From positions 540,001 to 572,000 of the forward strand of contig CP149973.1 of NCBI GenBank assembly GCA_029269845.2: a DNA stretch of 32,000 nucleotides, given 5' to 3'. The notes under the pieces are model-generated. The model worked only from the letters and a program-made list of their open reading frames with translations. It was not told the origin of the DNA and did not search any database. A program made the position numbers and the translations under genes. Shown here piece by piece: positions 1 to 9,459 of the stretch (position 1 is its first letter; each line of letters opens with the position of its first letter). Origin of the DNA: Opitutia bacterium KCR 482. GTDB taxonomy: Bacteria; Verrucomicrobiota; Verrucomicrobiia; Opitutales; Intestinicryptomonadaceae.

Positions 1-123
1 GTGGCGGCGAGCGGCTGGGCAAATGGCAATTACGGGCGAAAAATCGAGCAAGCTTTGAAGCAGCCGAATATCATTTTTGTTTCGGAGTCAGTCCTGAAAA
101 ATTTCCGCGAATTTACCTTATAA
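1..123 (+). CDS. 3' end of an unidentified CDS entering from upstream (40 codons plus TAA)
   Basis: Frame 1 is open from base 1 to TAA at 121-123 (...GRKIEQALKQPNIIFVSESVLKNFREFTL*). Too short to assign a family. Confidence 0.3.
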   Translation: MAASGWANGNYGRKIEQALKQPNIIFVSESVLKNFREFTL

Positions 124-240
124 CCCGCCTACCTGCCGCCTACCAAAGCCCGCAAACGTAGGCAGAACAGCAAACCACATTTAATTTGTAATCATCAGGT
201 CGTCAGTTCAAGCTGACAGCTGGCTTACTTTTAACAGAAA

Positions 241-266
241 GGGTTTCCGTTCGGAAACCCTTTTTT
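241..266 (+). terminator. Rho-independent terminator (possibly bidirectional)
   Basis: Perfect 8-bp stem GGGTTTCC/GGAAACCC with GTTC loop, followed by TTTTTT (261-266). An A-run precedes it, so it could also serve the convergent minus-strand gene ending at 328. Confidence 0.6.
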
Positions 267-327
267 GCGTTCGGATTGCGCGTTTTTGCGTTTGCTGACA
301 TTCGTCTGCTACTGCGATTTTACGGGC

Positions 328-873
328 TCAGGCGTTCGGCAGTTTAGAGAGCCATTCGAAGACGGCGGGGCGGAGGCGGGCGGGCATGGCGGGCGCGGTG
401 TGGCTGAGGAATTCAAGTTTTTCTACCACTTTCCCAGCGATTTCCGTTGCCGCCTTGCGGTAGTCGCGGTCGCATGACGCGTAGATTTTTGCCGCGTCCA
501 AAACAAGCGTCTCTGTGCGCGGATAGTATGATGTCATCAAGTTCCACGGGTTTTCGCCGCTGTCGCCGCCCGTGCGGAAGTCCGTCCGCAACAGAACTGA
601 CGGAATGTCGGCGAATTTCGCGAACATGAATTCCACGACCGTTCCGCTGTCAAGCTCGCAACCGTCGTAATTGAACAAAGCCAAGTCGCACGAGAGCAGT
701 GCGGAGATGTCTGCGTCGCGGATTTCCTTCGGCGAGCTGCCGCGGTGTTCGATATTTTGCGGCAGAAGGCACTCGAACTTTCCACACGAAACACGCCCTA
801 TTTCGTCGGCGAGCATAGCGTTTCCCGCCAAGTCTTTATGCGTGAAAAGCGAGCCTGCAAAGTACACTTTCAT
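328..873 (-). CDS. Nucleoside 2-deoxyribosyltransferase-like protein
   Basis: 181 aa. MKVYFAGSLF N-terminus and ELDSGTVVEF (DxGTxxE) motif are typical of the nucleoside 2-deoxyribosyltransferase fold. ATG start; its start codon lies 1 nt downstream of the stop of the upstream MFS gene. Confidence 0.7.
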   Translation of the reverse strand: MKVYFAGSLFTHKDLAGNAMLADEIGRVSCGKFECLLPQNIEHRGSSPKEIRDADISALLSCDLALFNYDGCELDSGTVVEFMFAKFADIPSVLLRTDFRTGGDSGENPWNLMTSYYPRTETLVLDAAKIYASCDRDYRKAATEIAGKVVEKLEFLSHTAPAMPARLRPAVFEWLSKLPNA

Positions 874-874
874 C

Positions 875-2083
875 TCAGTTTGTCTCCGATTTCTTCATTG
901 CCTGAATTGTCCGCACCCTCGGCAGGAAGTATGCCACGATTCCCAGAAGCGGGAAGAACGAGCAGAGTTTGTAGACGAACTGAATGTCCGTGGCGTCCGC
1001 TATTTTCCCGAGCACCGCCGACGACACCCCCGCGATTCCGAACGCGAACCCGAAGAAAATTCCCGACACAAGCCCGACTTTCATCGGCAAAAGCTCCTGC
1101 GCGTACACGAGAATCGCCGAGAACGCCGACGACATTATAAGCCCTATTATCACGCTCAGCGCAACCGTCCATTCGAAGTTTGCGTACGGCATTGCCAGCG
1201 CGAACGGAGCGGAGCCTAAAATAGACCACCAAATCACGAGCCTCCGCCCGTATTTGTCGCCGACGGGCCCGCCGACGAGCGTCCCCAATGCCGTCGAGAG
1301 CAGAAACACAAAAAGCATGACCTGCGATGTCTCGATGCTCACTCCGAATTTCGACATCAGATAAAACGTGTAGTAGTTCGAAAAGCTGACCGTGTAGAAG
1401 TTTTTGGAGAACACCAAAAACATGAGAATCGCCATGACGAACCAGACCGTTCTGCGCGGAAGCGCGCCCGATTCCGATGCGTTCGAGACCGGCAGCGAAG
1501 TCTCGCGCGCGGCGATTCTGCGCGAGTACCAGCGGCAGGCGGGAACGAGGGAGACCATCGCCAAGACGGCGAGAACCGCGAATTTTGCCACGCACGTCTG
1601 CTCGCGCACGAACAGCGCGGCGAGGAGCGGCCCGAGCGCGAAGCCCGTAGAGCCGCCGACCTGAAAAATCGACTGCGCCAAGCCGCGCTTTCCGCCCGAC
1701 GCAAGCGACGTTATCCGCGACGCCTCCGGGTGCATTATCGACGACCCTATCCCCGACACGAACACCGCGCCCATGACCGAATATAGCCCGCCCGAAAACG
1801 CAATCAGAATCAGCCCGCACATCGTGCAGCAAAGACCGACGGGGAGAAACCAGCCCGCGGGTTTTTTGTCGAAAACGTAGCCGAAAAGAGGCTGCATAAT
1901 CGACGACGAAATTTGGTATGTGAGCGCAATCAGCCCGATTTCGCCGTAGGTCAAATTCAGGTTGGATTTCAGCAGCGGGTATATCGCAGAAATGATGGAC
2001 TGCATTGCGTCGTTAAGCCCGTGCGCCGCCGCGAGCGCAACGAGTATGCCGAACATGAAGCCCTTTTTATCCGTCTTAGCCAT
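875..2083 (-). CDS. fsr: MFS transporter, fosmidomycin-resistance (Fsr) family
   Basis: 402 aa, about 12 hydrophobic segments. Long collinear similarity to E. coli Fsr as I recall it (LNDxxQSxIxAIYPLL, GGxxGLAQSIFQVGG, YYTFYLMxKFG, AFSAILVYAQELLP, GLVSGxFFGFAFG). Confidence 0.9.
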   Translation of the reverse strand: MAKTDKKGFMFGILVALAAAHGLNDAMQSIISAIYPLLKSNLNLTYGEIGLIALTYQISSSIMQPLFGYVFDKKPAGWFLPVGLCCTMCGLILIAFSGGLYSVMGAVFVSGIGSSIMHPEASRITSLASGGKRGLAQSIFQVGGSTGFALGPLLAALFVREQTCVAKFAVLAVLAMVSLVPACRWYSRRIAARETSLPVSNASESGALPRRTVWFVMAILMFLVFSKNFYTVSFSNYYTFYLMSKFGVSIETSQVMLFVFLLSTALGTLVGGPVGDKYGRRLVIWWSILGSAPFALAMPYANFEWTVALSVIIGLIMSSAFSAILVYAQELLPMKVGLVSGIFFGFAFGIAGVSSAVLGKIADATDIQFVYKLCSFFPLLGIVAYFLPRVRTIQAMKKSETN

Positions 2084-2113
2084 TCTCGAATAATCCGCCG
2101 CCGCCCGTAAAAA

Positions 2114-2734
2114 TCAAGCCAATATTGGCGACCCTCCGCGCCCGCGGAAAAGCGCAAAGCCCGCCGCCGCGCAAATCGCGCCGAGCGTGTCGGCAAGCAT
2201 GTCCTTTTGGGCGTCCCAAATGTCGCCCTGCGAACCGAGGAAAGCCGCGCCGACATCTCCGCCGTCGATTTCCGCGTACGCCCATTCCACAAGCTCCCAC
2301 AAATTCGCCAGCGCCATAATCGCAAGCACCGAAAACACCGCCGCCGATTTCGCCGAATTTACAATCCCCTTTCCGAGCAAATACTCCGCGACGGCGAGCG
2401 CGTTAAGCCCGACAGCGAAATGCGCAAGGCGGTCGAAATGGTTTCGCTCCGCGCCGACAAGCCCGGTAAAAAATCCGAACGGCACAAGCTCGAACGAATA
2501 GTGCGCGCCTACAATCTGCAAAGCTTCCCAGAAGCAGAAGACGGCATACGCGGCGGTCGAAAATTCGAAGCGGCGCGACAGCCACGCAAACGCGGCAAAC
2601 GGCACAAGCGCAGTCGCGCTTTCCACATACCACACGCCCCTGCTGTGCGGGTTCGCCGCCGACCACACAAAAAGCGCAAGAAGAGTCAGCGTTAAAAAAA
2701 CGCAAATTTTGTTTTTTAGAATCACCGTATTCAC
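2114..2734 (-). CDS. DUF2238/YjdF-family inner membrane protein
   Basis: 206 aa polytopic membrane protein. NHFDRLAHFAVG and WELVEW...GSQGDxWDAQKDM motifs resemble the YjdF family. GTG start. Confidence 0.65.
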   Translation of the reverse strand: MNTVILKNKICVFLTLTLLALFVWSAANPHSRGVWYVESATALVPFAAFAWLSRRFEFSTAAYAVFCFWEALQIVGAHYSFELVPFGFFTGLVGAERNHFDRLAHFAVGLNALAVAEYLLGKGIVNSAKSAAVFSVLAIMALANLWELVEWAYAEIDGGDVGAAFLGSQGDIWDAQKDMLADTLGAICAAAGFALFRGRGGSPILA

Positions 2735-2857
2735 GGCATGAATTGAACACGAAAACGCGCCCGTTTGCGAGCGTTTTTTCGCGGCGCGGCGGAACGCGGG
2801 AAAGCCGCGGGAATGCGGAGGAAGCGGGCAGTCCGCGGCGTCCGTTGCGCCGCCGCG

Positions 2858-5542
2858 CTACGCAAGCCCGCGCAGTTTTTCCTCCAACTCCGACACGGGA
2901 AGCGCGCCCGCGCGGGGGGAGATTCTGAACGCGTCGTTCGCGCGGTTGCGCTCGGTATTGACGCGGGCGAACTCGATGTCGTAGCCGCAAGAGTCTATCG
3001 CCCGCGCGATTTTATAGAGCAGCCCCACCCTGTCGCGCGCGCGGATTTCGAGCGACAACCTGCCGAACTCGCGCTTGACGAAAACGTCGGCAACGGCGGA
3101 ATCGCCCGCGCGGGGGTCGGCGCGGAACATGGCGTCTATGCGCCTGTCGAAGGAGTCGCCGCCCGAAAGCGCGCCGCACACGGCCGACTCGAACCGCGCC
3201 TTCATTTTCGGGTTCGCCGCGACGCCGTCGGCGATTCCGCGCACGTAGAACGCGTCGAGGGTTATGCCGTCGTCGCGCGTAAAAATCTTCGAGCCTAAAA
3301 TGTCCATGCCCGTGATTGTCATGACGCCCGCGAGAATCGCGAACAGCCCGCTGCGGTAGGTCGAGACCACATACAGCCTGCTTATCGAGTCGTTGGGTTC
3401 GTCGCGCCACTCGATTACGGGAGTGTCGGAGTTCCCGCCTTCTATTTTCGCGCGGAGCTTGCGTATCATAGCCGCGTGCATAAGCAGGTCGGTTCGTCCG
3501 TGGAAGAGGAAATAGTTGCGCGGAAGCATTTCGAGCTGTTCGAAGATGATTGCCTCCAAGCCTCGCGAGCGCGGGTCAGCAAGCGACTCCTCCAACGCCC
3601 GCGCCTTGCGCCGTTCGAGCGCGGAGGTCGACTGGCGGCGGCGGAAAAATTCGATAGTGCCCGCATAGAGCGCGGAGTGCAGGCTCTGCTTGTACGAGTT
3701 CCAGAAGCCGTCGGCTGTGCCCATGGCGTCGCAAAAAGTGAGCACATAAAGATATTTCAGCAGCTCCTCGTTCTTCACGATTGCCGCAAATTTCGCAATC
3801 GACGCCTCGTCCTCCACGTCGTTCGACTGCCAGAACCGCGCCATCTGCAAATGGTTGCGGACAACAAAAAGTATGTTTTCAATGTCCGAGTCGGGCACGC
3901 CCAAACGCCGTAAAATACGCTCGCCTATCTCCGCGCCTATCTCCGCGTGCCCGCGTATTCCGTCGCCTTTGCCGATGTCGTGCAGGAAGAGCATCAGATA
4001 CAGAAGTATCGGCGATGGCGAGCTTACGAGAACTTTGTGGTACTCCCAATACACGCCGTCGGACTCCCTCGCGCGGAAGATTTTGTCGAGCTGCGCGATA
4101 GTGTTTAGAATGTGCACGTCTATCGTAAAGCGGTGGTAGAACTCGTGCTGAACCATGCAGGTGATGTCCTTGAATTCGGGGACGAACGCCCCCAAGACGC
4201 CCCAATAGTGCATGAGTTCGAGCGTCGGGAACACCGCGCCGCGACGCTGGAAAATTGAGAGGAACGCCGCGTTTGTGGCGGGGTCGGAGCGCACGGAGGC
4301 GTCGAGCAGCCCGCGCGAGTCTTTCATCAAAACTTCGAGCCTGTCGGACGGCACCGCGCCGTACTCCTGAAAAATCGCGAACACCCGCACGAGCCGCGAC
4401 GGGTCGCGCCGAAATACCGACGGCGACTGCGCGTCGGCAACCCCCCTGTAAATGGAAAATCCGTCAACCGAAAACTTCCTGTTGCGCGGCATGCGCGTGC
4501 CCATGTGGCGCATGTTTTCCTCGACGTCCCCCGGGAGGACAAGCCCCATGCGCTTGCGGGCGGTCTTCGAAACGGAGTCTATCGCGCGGAACGAATTGTA
4601 GACGTCGCGCATGAACGCCTCGACGCGCTCGAACTCGCCACCCATTGTGTAGCCGAGCCGCGCGGCGATTTTCGGCTGCGTTTCGAGGTCGAGCAAATCG
4701 TTCTCCCTGTCGAAATAGTAGTGCATGTCGTTGCGCACGCGCAGTAGGAAATCGTAGGCGCGTCTGACGGCGCGGTACTCGCGCGGCGAGATTATCGCGC
4801 GGCGGGCAAGCTCGCGCAGGTCGGACGAGCCGAAGTTGAGGCGTGTTTTCCAGACCATGGTCTGGGCGTCGCGCAGTCCGCCGATTCCGTTTTTGAGGTT
4901 CGGCTCTTGGAGGTACGGAGTCCAGCCGCACTTTTCGTGGCGGTCGCGTTTGAGGCGCATAAGCCCGTCGAAGTGCTCGTTTTTCCGCGCCGAGCAGAGC
5001 GACTCGAACTTCGCCGCAAACTTCGAATACAGCGCGATTGAGCCGCACACAAGCCGCGCGTCGAGCATCGAATTGCGCAGAATGATGTCCGCCTTTGCGT
5101 CTTCGAGAGCCTCGCGGTAGGTGCGCGACGAGTGCCCGAGCTTCAAGCCCGCGTCCCAAAGCGGATACGCCACCGAATCCACGACGGCGGTTTTGAAGGC
5201 TTCGGTAGCGGAGGTGTCGTAGAGAAAAAGAATGTCGATGTCGCTCCGCGGGCAAAGCTCGGAACGCCCGTATCCGCCGAGGGCGACAATGCAGAAATCG
5301 CGGCACGCGCCGCGCATGCGCCCGACAAACGCCGAATGCAAACGCTCCAAAATTCCGTCAACGGCGATTGCGTTCGCCGCGCACACGGTCTTTCCGCCAG
5401 CCCCCGCCTCGTGGCGCGCGCGGATTGCCGAGCGCGTCTTGGCAAGGCAGTCCGCCAGAGCTTCGCGGACGGGGCGTCCGTCGGCGAAAGATTCCGCGCA
5501 GATTCCGCGGACGTCGGCGAACAGTTTTTCCGATTTCAACAT
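2858..5542 (-). CDS. glnD: [Protein-PII] uridylyltransferase/uridylyl-removing enzyme GlnD
   Basis: Nucleotidyltransferase motif GGYGRSELCPRSDIDILFL, HD motif LFLHDIGKG, and a C-terminal ACT-like pair. The track ORF starts at TTG 5581; I prefer the in-frame ATG at 5542 (894 aa). Confidence 0.9.
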   Translation of the reverse strand: MLKSEKLFADVRGICAESFADGRPVREALADCLAKTRSAIRARHEAGAGGKTVCAANAIAVDGILERLHSAFVGRMRGACRDFCIVALGGYGRSELCPRSDIDILFLYDTSATEAFKTAVVDSVAYPLWDAGLKLGHSSRTYREALEDAKADIILRNSMLDARLVCGSIALYSKFAAKFESLCSARKNEHFDGLMRLKRDRHEKCGWTPYLQEPNLKNGIGGLRDAQTMVWKTRLNFGSSDLRELARRAIISPREYRAVRRAYDFLLRVRNDMHYYFDRENDLLDLETQPKIAARLGYTMGGEFERVEAFMRDVYNSFRAIDSVSKTARKRMGLVLPGDVEENMRHMGTRMPRNRKFSVDGFSIYRGVADAQSPSVFRRDPSRLVRVFAIFQEYGAVPSDRLEVLMKDSRGLLDASVRSDPATNAAFLSIFQRRGAVFPTLELMHYWGVLGAFVPEFKDITCMVQHEFYHRFTIDVHILNTIAQLDKIFRARESDGVYWEYHKVLVSSPSPILLYLMLFLHDIGKGDGIRGHAEIGAEIGERILRRLGVPDSDIENILFVVRNHLQMARFWQSNDVEDEASIAKFAAIVKNEELLKYLYVLTFCDAMGTADGFWNSYKQSLHSALYAGTIEFFRRRQSTSALERRKARALEESLADPRSRGLEAIIFEQLEMLPRNYFLFHGRTDLLMHAAMIRKLRAKIEGGNSDTPVIEWRDEPNDSISRLYVVSTYRSGLFAILAGVMTITGMDILGSKIFTRDDGITLDAFYVRGIADGVAANPKMKARFESAVCGALSGGDSFDRRIDAMFRADPRAGDSAVADVFVKREFGRLSLEIRARDRVGLLYKIARAIDSCGYDIEFARVNTERNRANDAFRISPRAGALPVSELEEKLRGLA

Positions 5543-5647
5543 GCCGAAACTGTAATTTAGGCGAATCGCCGACTTCAACAAAATAAAAAAGAAAGTTTGT
5601 CTTTCGGAAATGAGCGTTCATAATCGGCGTCGATTTTAATAAACAAT

Positions 5648-6280
5648 ATGGAAGACGACATCATTTCAAAACCCGAAAAACAATCGCAACTCACGCCCGC
5701 AATCGCGCTGTTGGGGCTTGGATTGGGAATAGTAGCGCTCGCGCTCGGCATAATCTCGATGGTGAAAGTCGGCGACACCGCCGCCGACATGAACGACAAA
5801 ATCGAAAAGGCGGCCGCGCTCTCGCTCGAAACCAAGAAAATAAGCGACAGAATAGACTCGCTCGCGCTCCAAATCGAAACGATTAAGGAGGACGAAAAAA
5901 CGAAGTCGAACAACCTCGTTTCGCAAATCGCCGCCGAGCTTAGAAAACTTTCCACCGCGATTGAAAACACGCGCTCCATCGCAGTAGAAAACCGCAGCGC
6001 GATTGAGGAGGTCGCAAAACGCGCCGCCGCACCGCGCAGACAGCAGGCAGAGCAAAAACCGCAGGCGGCAGCCGAAGCAACCGCGCAGCAGGCGGAACAG
6101 CCAGCGCAATCCGCGACGGCAAGCAGCGCGCCCGACGGAAAAAAATACAAAATCCAAAGCGGCGACACGTTCGCAAAGCTCGCAAAAAAATTCGGCGTTT
6201 CGGTCGACGCAATAATTTCGGCGAATCCCGACGCAAACCCGTCGAGGCTGAAAGTCGGACAGGAAATCACGCTTCCCTAA
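5648..6280 (+). CDS. Membrane-anchored LysM domain protein
   Basis: 210 aa. N-terminal TM helix (LTPAIALLGLGLGIVALALGII), a coiled-coil and Q/A-rich linker, and a C-terminal LysM (YKIQSGDTFAKLAKKFGVSVDAIISANP...LKVGQEITLP). Confidence 0.85.
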   Translation: MEDDIISKPEKQSQLTPAIALLGLGLGIVALALGIISMVKVGDTAADMNDKIEKAAALSLETKKISDRIDSLALQIETIKEDEKTKSNNLVSQIAAELRKLSTAIENTRSIAVENRSAIEEVAKRAAAPRRQQAEQKPQAAAEATAQQAEQPAQSATASSAPDGKKYKIQSGDTFAKLAKKFGVSVDAIISANPDANPSRLKVGQEITLP

Positions 6281-6288
6281 CATTTCGG

Positions 6289-6314
6289 CGCGTTCCTTCG
6301 GGAGCGCGTTTTTT
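6289..6314 (+). terminator. Rho-independent terminator after the LysM gene
   Basis: Stem CGCGTTCC/GGAGCGCG (8 bp, one G-U pair), TTCG loop, then TTTTTT at 6309-6314. Confidence 0.6.
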
Positions 6315-6341
6315 ATAGGGCAAAATAAATTCGGCGGACTT

Positions 6342-6902
6342 ATGGACGTAAAAAAATGGAAATTCGAGGGCGAAAAAACCGTCGCCGACTGCAAAGTTTT
6401 CAAGGTGAAGGCGCAGACCTTCGCCCACCCCGACGGACGCCGCGCCGTCTTCTTCATAAACGAATCGCAGGACTGGGTTCAGGTCGCCCCGCTCGTCCGC
6501 GACGGAGGAAGAATCCTCACAGTGCTCGTAAAGCAGTTCAGGTTCGGGACGCGCAGAATGTCGTGGGAATTTTCGGGGGGAATTGTGGAGGTCGGCGAAG
6601 CCCCCGCCGACGCCGCCGCGCGAGAGCTCGCAGAGGAAACGGGCTACACGGGCGACGCCGCAAAAATCCTCGCATCATACTCGCCGAACCCCGCAATACA
6701 AAACAACCTTGCGCACTTTGCGGTAATCGAAAACTGCAAAAAAACCTCCGCCCTGAATTGGGACGAAAACGAGGAAATCGAAACGAGGCTCGTTCCCGTG
6801 GACGAGCTTGACGCCATGGTCGAGCGCGGCGAAATCTACCACGCAATCGCGATAGACTCCATCTATTTTCTGCAAAAATACCTAAACAAAACGGCGAAAT
6901 AA
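6342..6902 (+). CDS. NUDIX hydrolase (ADP-ribose pyrophosphatase-like)
   Basis: 186 aa with a Nudix box GGIVEVGEAPADAAARELAEETGY (Gx5Ex7REUxEExGU). Confidence 0.85.
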   Translation: MDVKKWKFEGEKTVADCKVFKVKAQTFAHPDGRRAVFFINESQDWVQVAPLVRDGGRILTVLVKQFRFGTRRMSWEFSGGIVEVGEAPADAAARELAEETGYTGDAAKILASYSPNPAIQNNLAHFAVIENCKKTSALNWDENEEIETRLVPVDELDAMVERGEIYHAIAIDSIYFLQKYLNKTAK

Positions 6903-6916
6903 CCGATTCTATCAAA

Positions 6917-7285
6917 ATGCCGCTCCACGAAGACAGCCCCGAATTAAGCGATTTCAGGCAGATGCCCTACACACCCACGCTCTCGAAAAAGCGCGGCACG
7001 CGGGGCGTGCCCGAAGCGTCGGCGAGCCTTGCGGAGCGGTTTTTGGCAAAGTTCAAAATCAGGGTCGAAAACGCCGTAAAAATTGTGGAGGAACACTGGG
7101 ACGAATGCGTGCCCAAACGCTTTGCGGGGAAATCCGCGCCGCAAAACGTACGGCTCGGCGTGCTGTACGCAAGCGTGTGCAACCCGTCGGTGCGGCAGGA
7201 AATGATGTTCTGCGAGCGCGAAATTTTGCAAAAAGTAAGGCGGCTCGACGGCTGCAAAAAAATCAAAAAAATCAGGTTCGTATGA
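6917..7285 (+). CDS. DUF721 (DciA-like) protein
   Basis: 122 aa. The pattern GVLYASVCNPSVRQEMMFCEREILQKV matches the DUF721 consensus as I recall it. The stop overlaps the next gene in an ATGA. Confidence 0.6.
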   Translation: MPLHEDSPELSDFRQMPYTPTLSKKRGTRGVPEASASLAERFLAKFKIRVENAVKIVEEHWDECVPKRFAGKSAPQNVRLGVLYASVCNPSVRQEMMFCEREILQKVRRLDGCKKIKKIRFV

Positions 7286-8076
7286 GAATTGCACTTGCAC
7301 AGACAGACACCGCTCAGGGCGACTTCGAAAAAAATCTCGAAAAAATTTCGGACTTCGCAAAGACGGCAAAAGACGGCGGCGCGCAGATTGCCGTATTCCC
7401 CGAAATGTGCGTCTGCGGCTTCGACTACAAAAAGAATCTCGACTACCTGCAAACTTTCGGAAACGCCGCCGAACAGCGGCTGCGCGAAATAGCAAAAAGC
7501 CGCGACATCGCAATCTGCGGCTCGCTTCCGCACCTCGAAGCGGGCGATCCGCGCCCCTCGAACCGCATGCTTTTCGTCGGCGCAGACGGCAACGACATCG
7601 CCCGCTACGACAAAATCCACCTCTTCGGCGTCTTCCGCGAGAACAAGTACGTCAAGGCGGGCGGCGAAATCGTCGTCGCCGATTCGCCGTTCGGGAAAAT
7701 CGGGCTTGCCGTCTGCTATGACATTCGCTTCCCCGACATCTTTGTGAGAATGGCGAAGCTCGGCGCAAAAATGATAATCCTTTCGGCGGCGTTCCCCCAC
7801 CCGCGCTCGGAGCATTGGCGGATTTTGTCGCGGGCGCGGGCGATTGAAAACCAGTGCTTTTTCATCGCGGTGAACAGGGGCGGAACGGAAAATTTCGGCG
7901 AAAGGCAAATCAAATATTTCGGAATGTCGGCGGCAATAGACCCATGGGGCGGCGTCATAGCCGAATGCCCGCAGGACGCCGAAAGCCTCGCCTTTGCCGA
8001 CATAAACCCCGACGAAGTCGACAATATCCGCGCCCAGATTCCGTCCTTTGCCGACAGGCGCGACGACATCTACTAA
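7282..8076 (+). CDS. Carbon-nitrogen hydrolase family protein (nitrilase/omega-amidase-like)
   Basis: 264 aa from ATG 7282 (MRIALAQ...). Contexts for the Glu-Lys-Cys triad are present: AVFPEM, YDKIHLF, GLAVCYDIRFPD. The track ORF start at 7105 is an upstream extension overlapping the DUF721 gene. Confidence 0.85.
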   Translation: MRIALAQTDTAQGDFEKNLEKISDFAKTAKDGGAQIAVFPEMCVCGFDYKKNLDYLQTFGNAAEQRLREIAKSRDIAICGSLPHLEAGDPRPSNRMLFVGADGNDIARYDKIHLFGVFRENKYVKAGGEIVVADSPFGKIGLAVCYDIRFPDIFVRMAKLGAKMIILSAAFPHPRSEHWRILSRARAIENQCFFIAVNRGGTENFGERQIKYFGMSAAIDPWGGVIAECPQDAESLAFADINPDEVDNIRAQIPSFADRRDDIY

Positions 8077-8261
8077 ATCTGCATTCGCAAAAGAACAGCC
8101 GCTTTGACGGGCGGCACAATCCGCGCGTTATTGCAAATCTGCGCGCCGAAAAAGCCCGCATGCCACGGCGTTCACTGCGCCGACCGCTTCGCATCTCCCG
8201 CGCTTAAAGCCCCGCGAAACGCATTGCGCGGCGCAAAATCCGCCCGCGCGGCAAAGCTTAA

Positions 8262-8882
8262 CTACTTTTGCGCAGACTCCGCCGAATTGTTTTGCGGGCA
8301 GGATTGCGGGGGCATTGAGTACTCGCAACCGCAGTATGTCTGGTTGTAGAAGCCGTATTCGCGCAGAAGCTGGGCGCGGCGTTCGCTAAGCCCTCCCTTG
8401 CGCCAGTTGCGAAGCCAAAAACGGACATCGGGAAATGCCGATTCCGCAAAAGCCCCCGCCTCGGCGACCTGTTCCGCGCTCTTCCAGCGCGACGACGTGA
8501 GGGTTGTGCTGAAAACCGAAAAGCCGTTTGCGCTTGCGTACTCCGCAGTTTTGAGCAGGCGCAGTTTGAAGCATTCAAGGCAACGCGCCCCGCGTTCGGG
8601 TTCGGCGGCGAGCGGCGAGCATTGCGCCGACCACTCCGAATGCGTCCAGTCGGCGTCGATAAACGGCGCGCCCATTGAAAGCGCAAGTTTTTTGTTTTCG
8701 CTCTTGCGGAGTTCGTACTCTTGGAGCGGAAAAATATTCGGGTTGAAATAGAAAACGGCGAAGTCCGCCCCCATTCTTAAAAGCTCCTCCATGACAGCCG
8801 CCGAGCACGGCGCGCAGCACGAGTGCAAAAGAATTTTGCCTCCCGCAGGAGGCAAAAAATCGGGGTTAATCCGTCCTTTCAT
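8262..8882 (-). CDS. queH: Epoxyqueuosine reductase QueH (DUF208)
   Basis: 206 aa. LHSCCAPCS cysteine motif, CxxC (CLECF) and a C-terminal YCGCEYS are characteristic of QueH. Confidence 0.8.
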   Translation of the reverse strand: MKGRINPDFLPPAGGKILLHSCCAPCSAAVMEELLRMGADFAVFYFNPNIFPLQEYELRKSENKKLALSMGAPFIDADWTHSEWSAQCSPLAAEPERGARCLECFKLRLLKTAEYASANGFSVFSTTLTSSRWKSAEQVAEAGAFAESAFPDVRFWLRNWRKGGLSERRAQLLREYGFYNQTYCGCEYSMPPQSCPQNNSAESAQK

Positions 8883-8885
8883 CGG

Positions 8886-9455
8886 CTACATTTTGCTCAG
8901 CAATTCCTGCAATTTGAGCTGGAATGGATACATGTCGCTCTGCGGCGGCGTCTTGCCCGCTTCGGGGATAAGACCGAGCTGCCCCATGCGGTCTATGCGC
9001 CACTCCGCCTTTGTGCCGTCCGAGAAAACGACGTCGCCCGAAACTATGCAATCGGGACGCTGAATCGGGCTTACCGAAACCTGAATGTTCGCGGCCTGCG
9101 CGGGGTTTTCAGGTTGCGCGGGGCTGCCGTAGCCGCCCTCTTCCGCCGCGGGTTCAGTGTCGTCGGCGTCGGCGTAGTCGGGTTCTCCGTAGCCCGAATT
9201 GTCGTCGTAGCTTTCGGCTGGGTCGGGCTGCATGCCGCCCGCGGATTCCTGAGGAATTTCGGAGGGCGCGTCGGCTTCGGAGGGCTGCTCTTTCGAGACG
9301 ATTTCCGCGCCGAGGTCGTCAATAAGGAATCTTACGTCCATGTATGTCATGGAGATTCCGAATTCCGATTTCAGGCGGCTTTGCACGTCGGCGACGCTCG
9401 CGCCGTCGGCAACCCAGGATTTCACACAAGCGGATTGATTTTTATCCAAATTCAT
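8886..9455 (-). CDS. Hypothetical protein with an acidic low-complexity centre
   Basis: 189 aa with an ATG start. Gaps are 4 nt from the upstream pseudopilin gene and 3 nt to queH. No family recognised. Confidence 0.55.
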   Translation of the reverse strand: MNLDKNQSACVKSWVADGASVADVQSRLKSEFGISMTYMDVRFLIDDLGAEIVSKEQPSEADAPSEIPQESAGGMQPDPAESYDDNSGYGEPDYADADDTEPAAEEGGYGSPAQPENPAQAANIQVSVSPIQRPDCIVSGDVVFSDGTKAEWRIDRMGQLGLIPEAGKTPPQSDMYPFQLKLQELLSKM

Positions 9456-9459
9456 TGTT

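Noticed and set aside
202-217. Hairpin GTCAG-TTCAAG-CTGAC that resembles a tRNA T-arm, possibly a tRNA 3' fragment or att site.
   Set aside because: The loop is 6 nt rather than 7, and there is no acceptor-stem complement, CCA or flanking cloverleaf. No integrase is nearby. It is probably just 3'-UTR structure before the terminator at 241-266.
2858-5542. glnD without adjacent glnB or amtB, considered as a possible anomaly.
   Set aside because: glnD is commonly unlinked from PII genes in bacteria, so this is not unusual.
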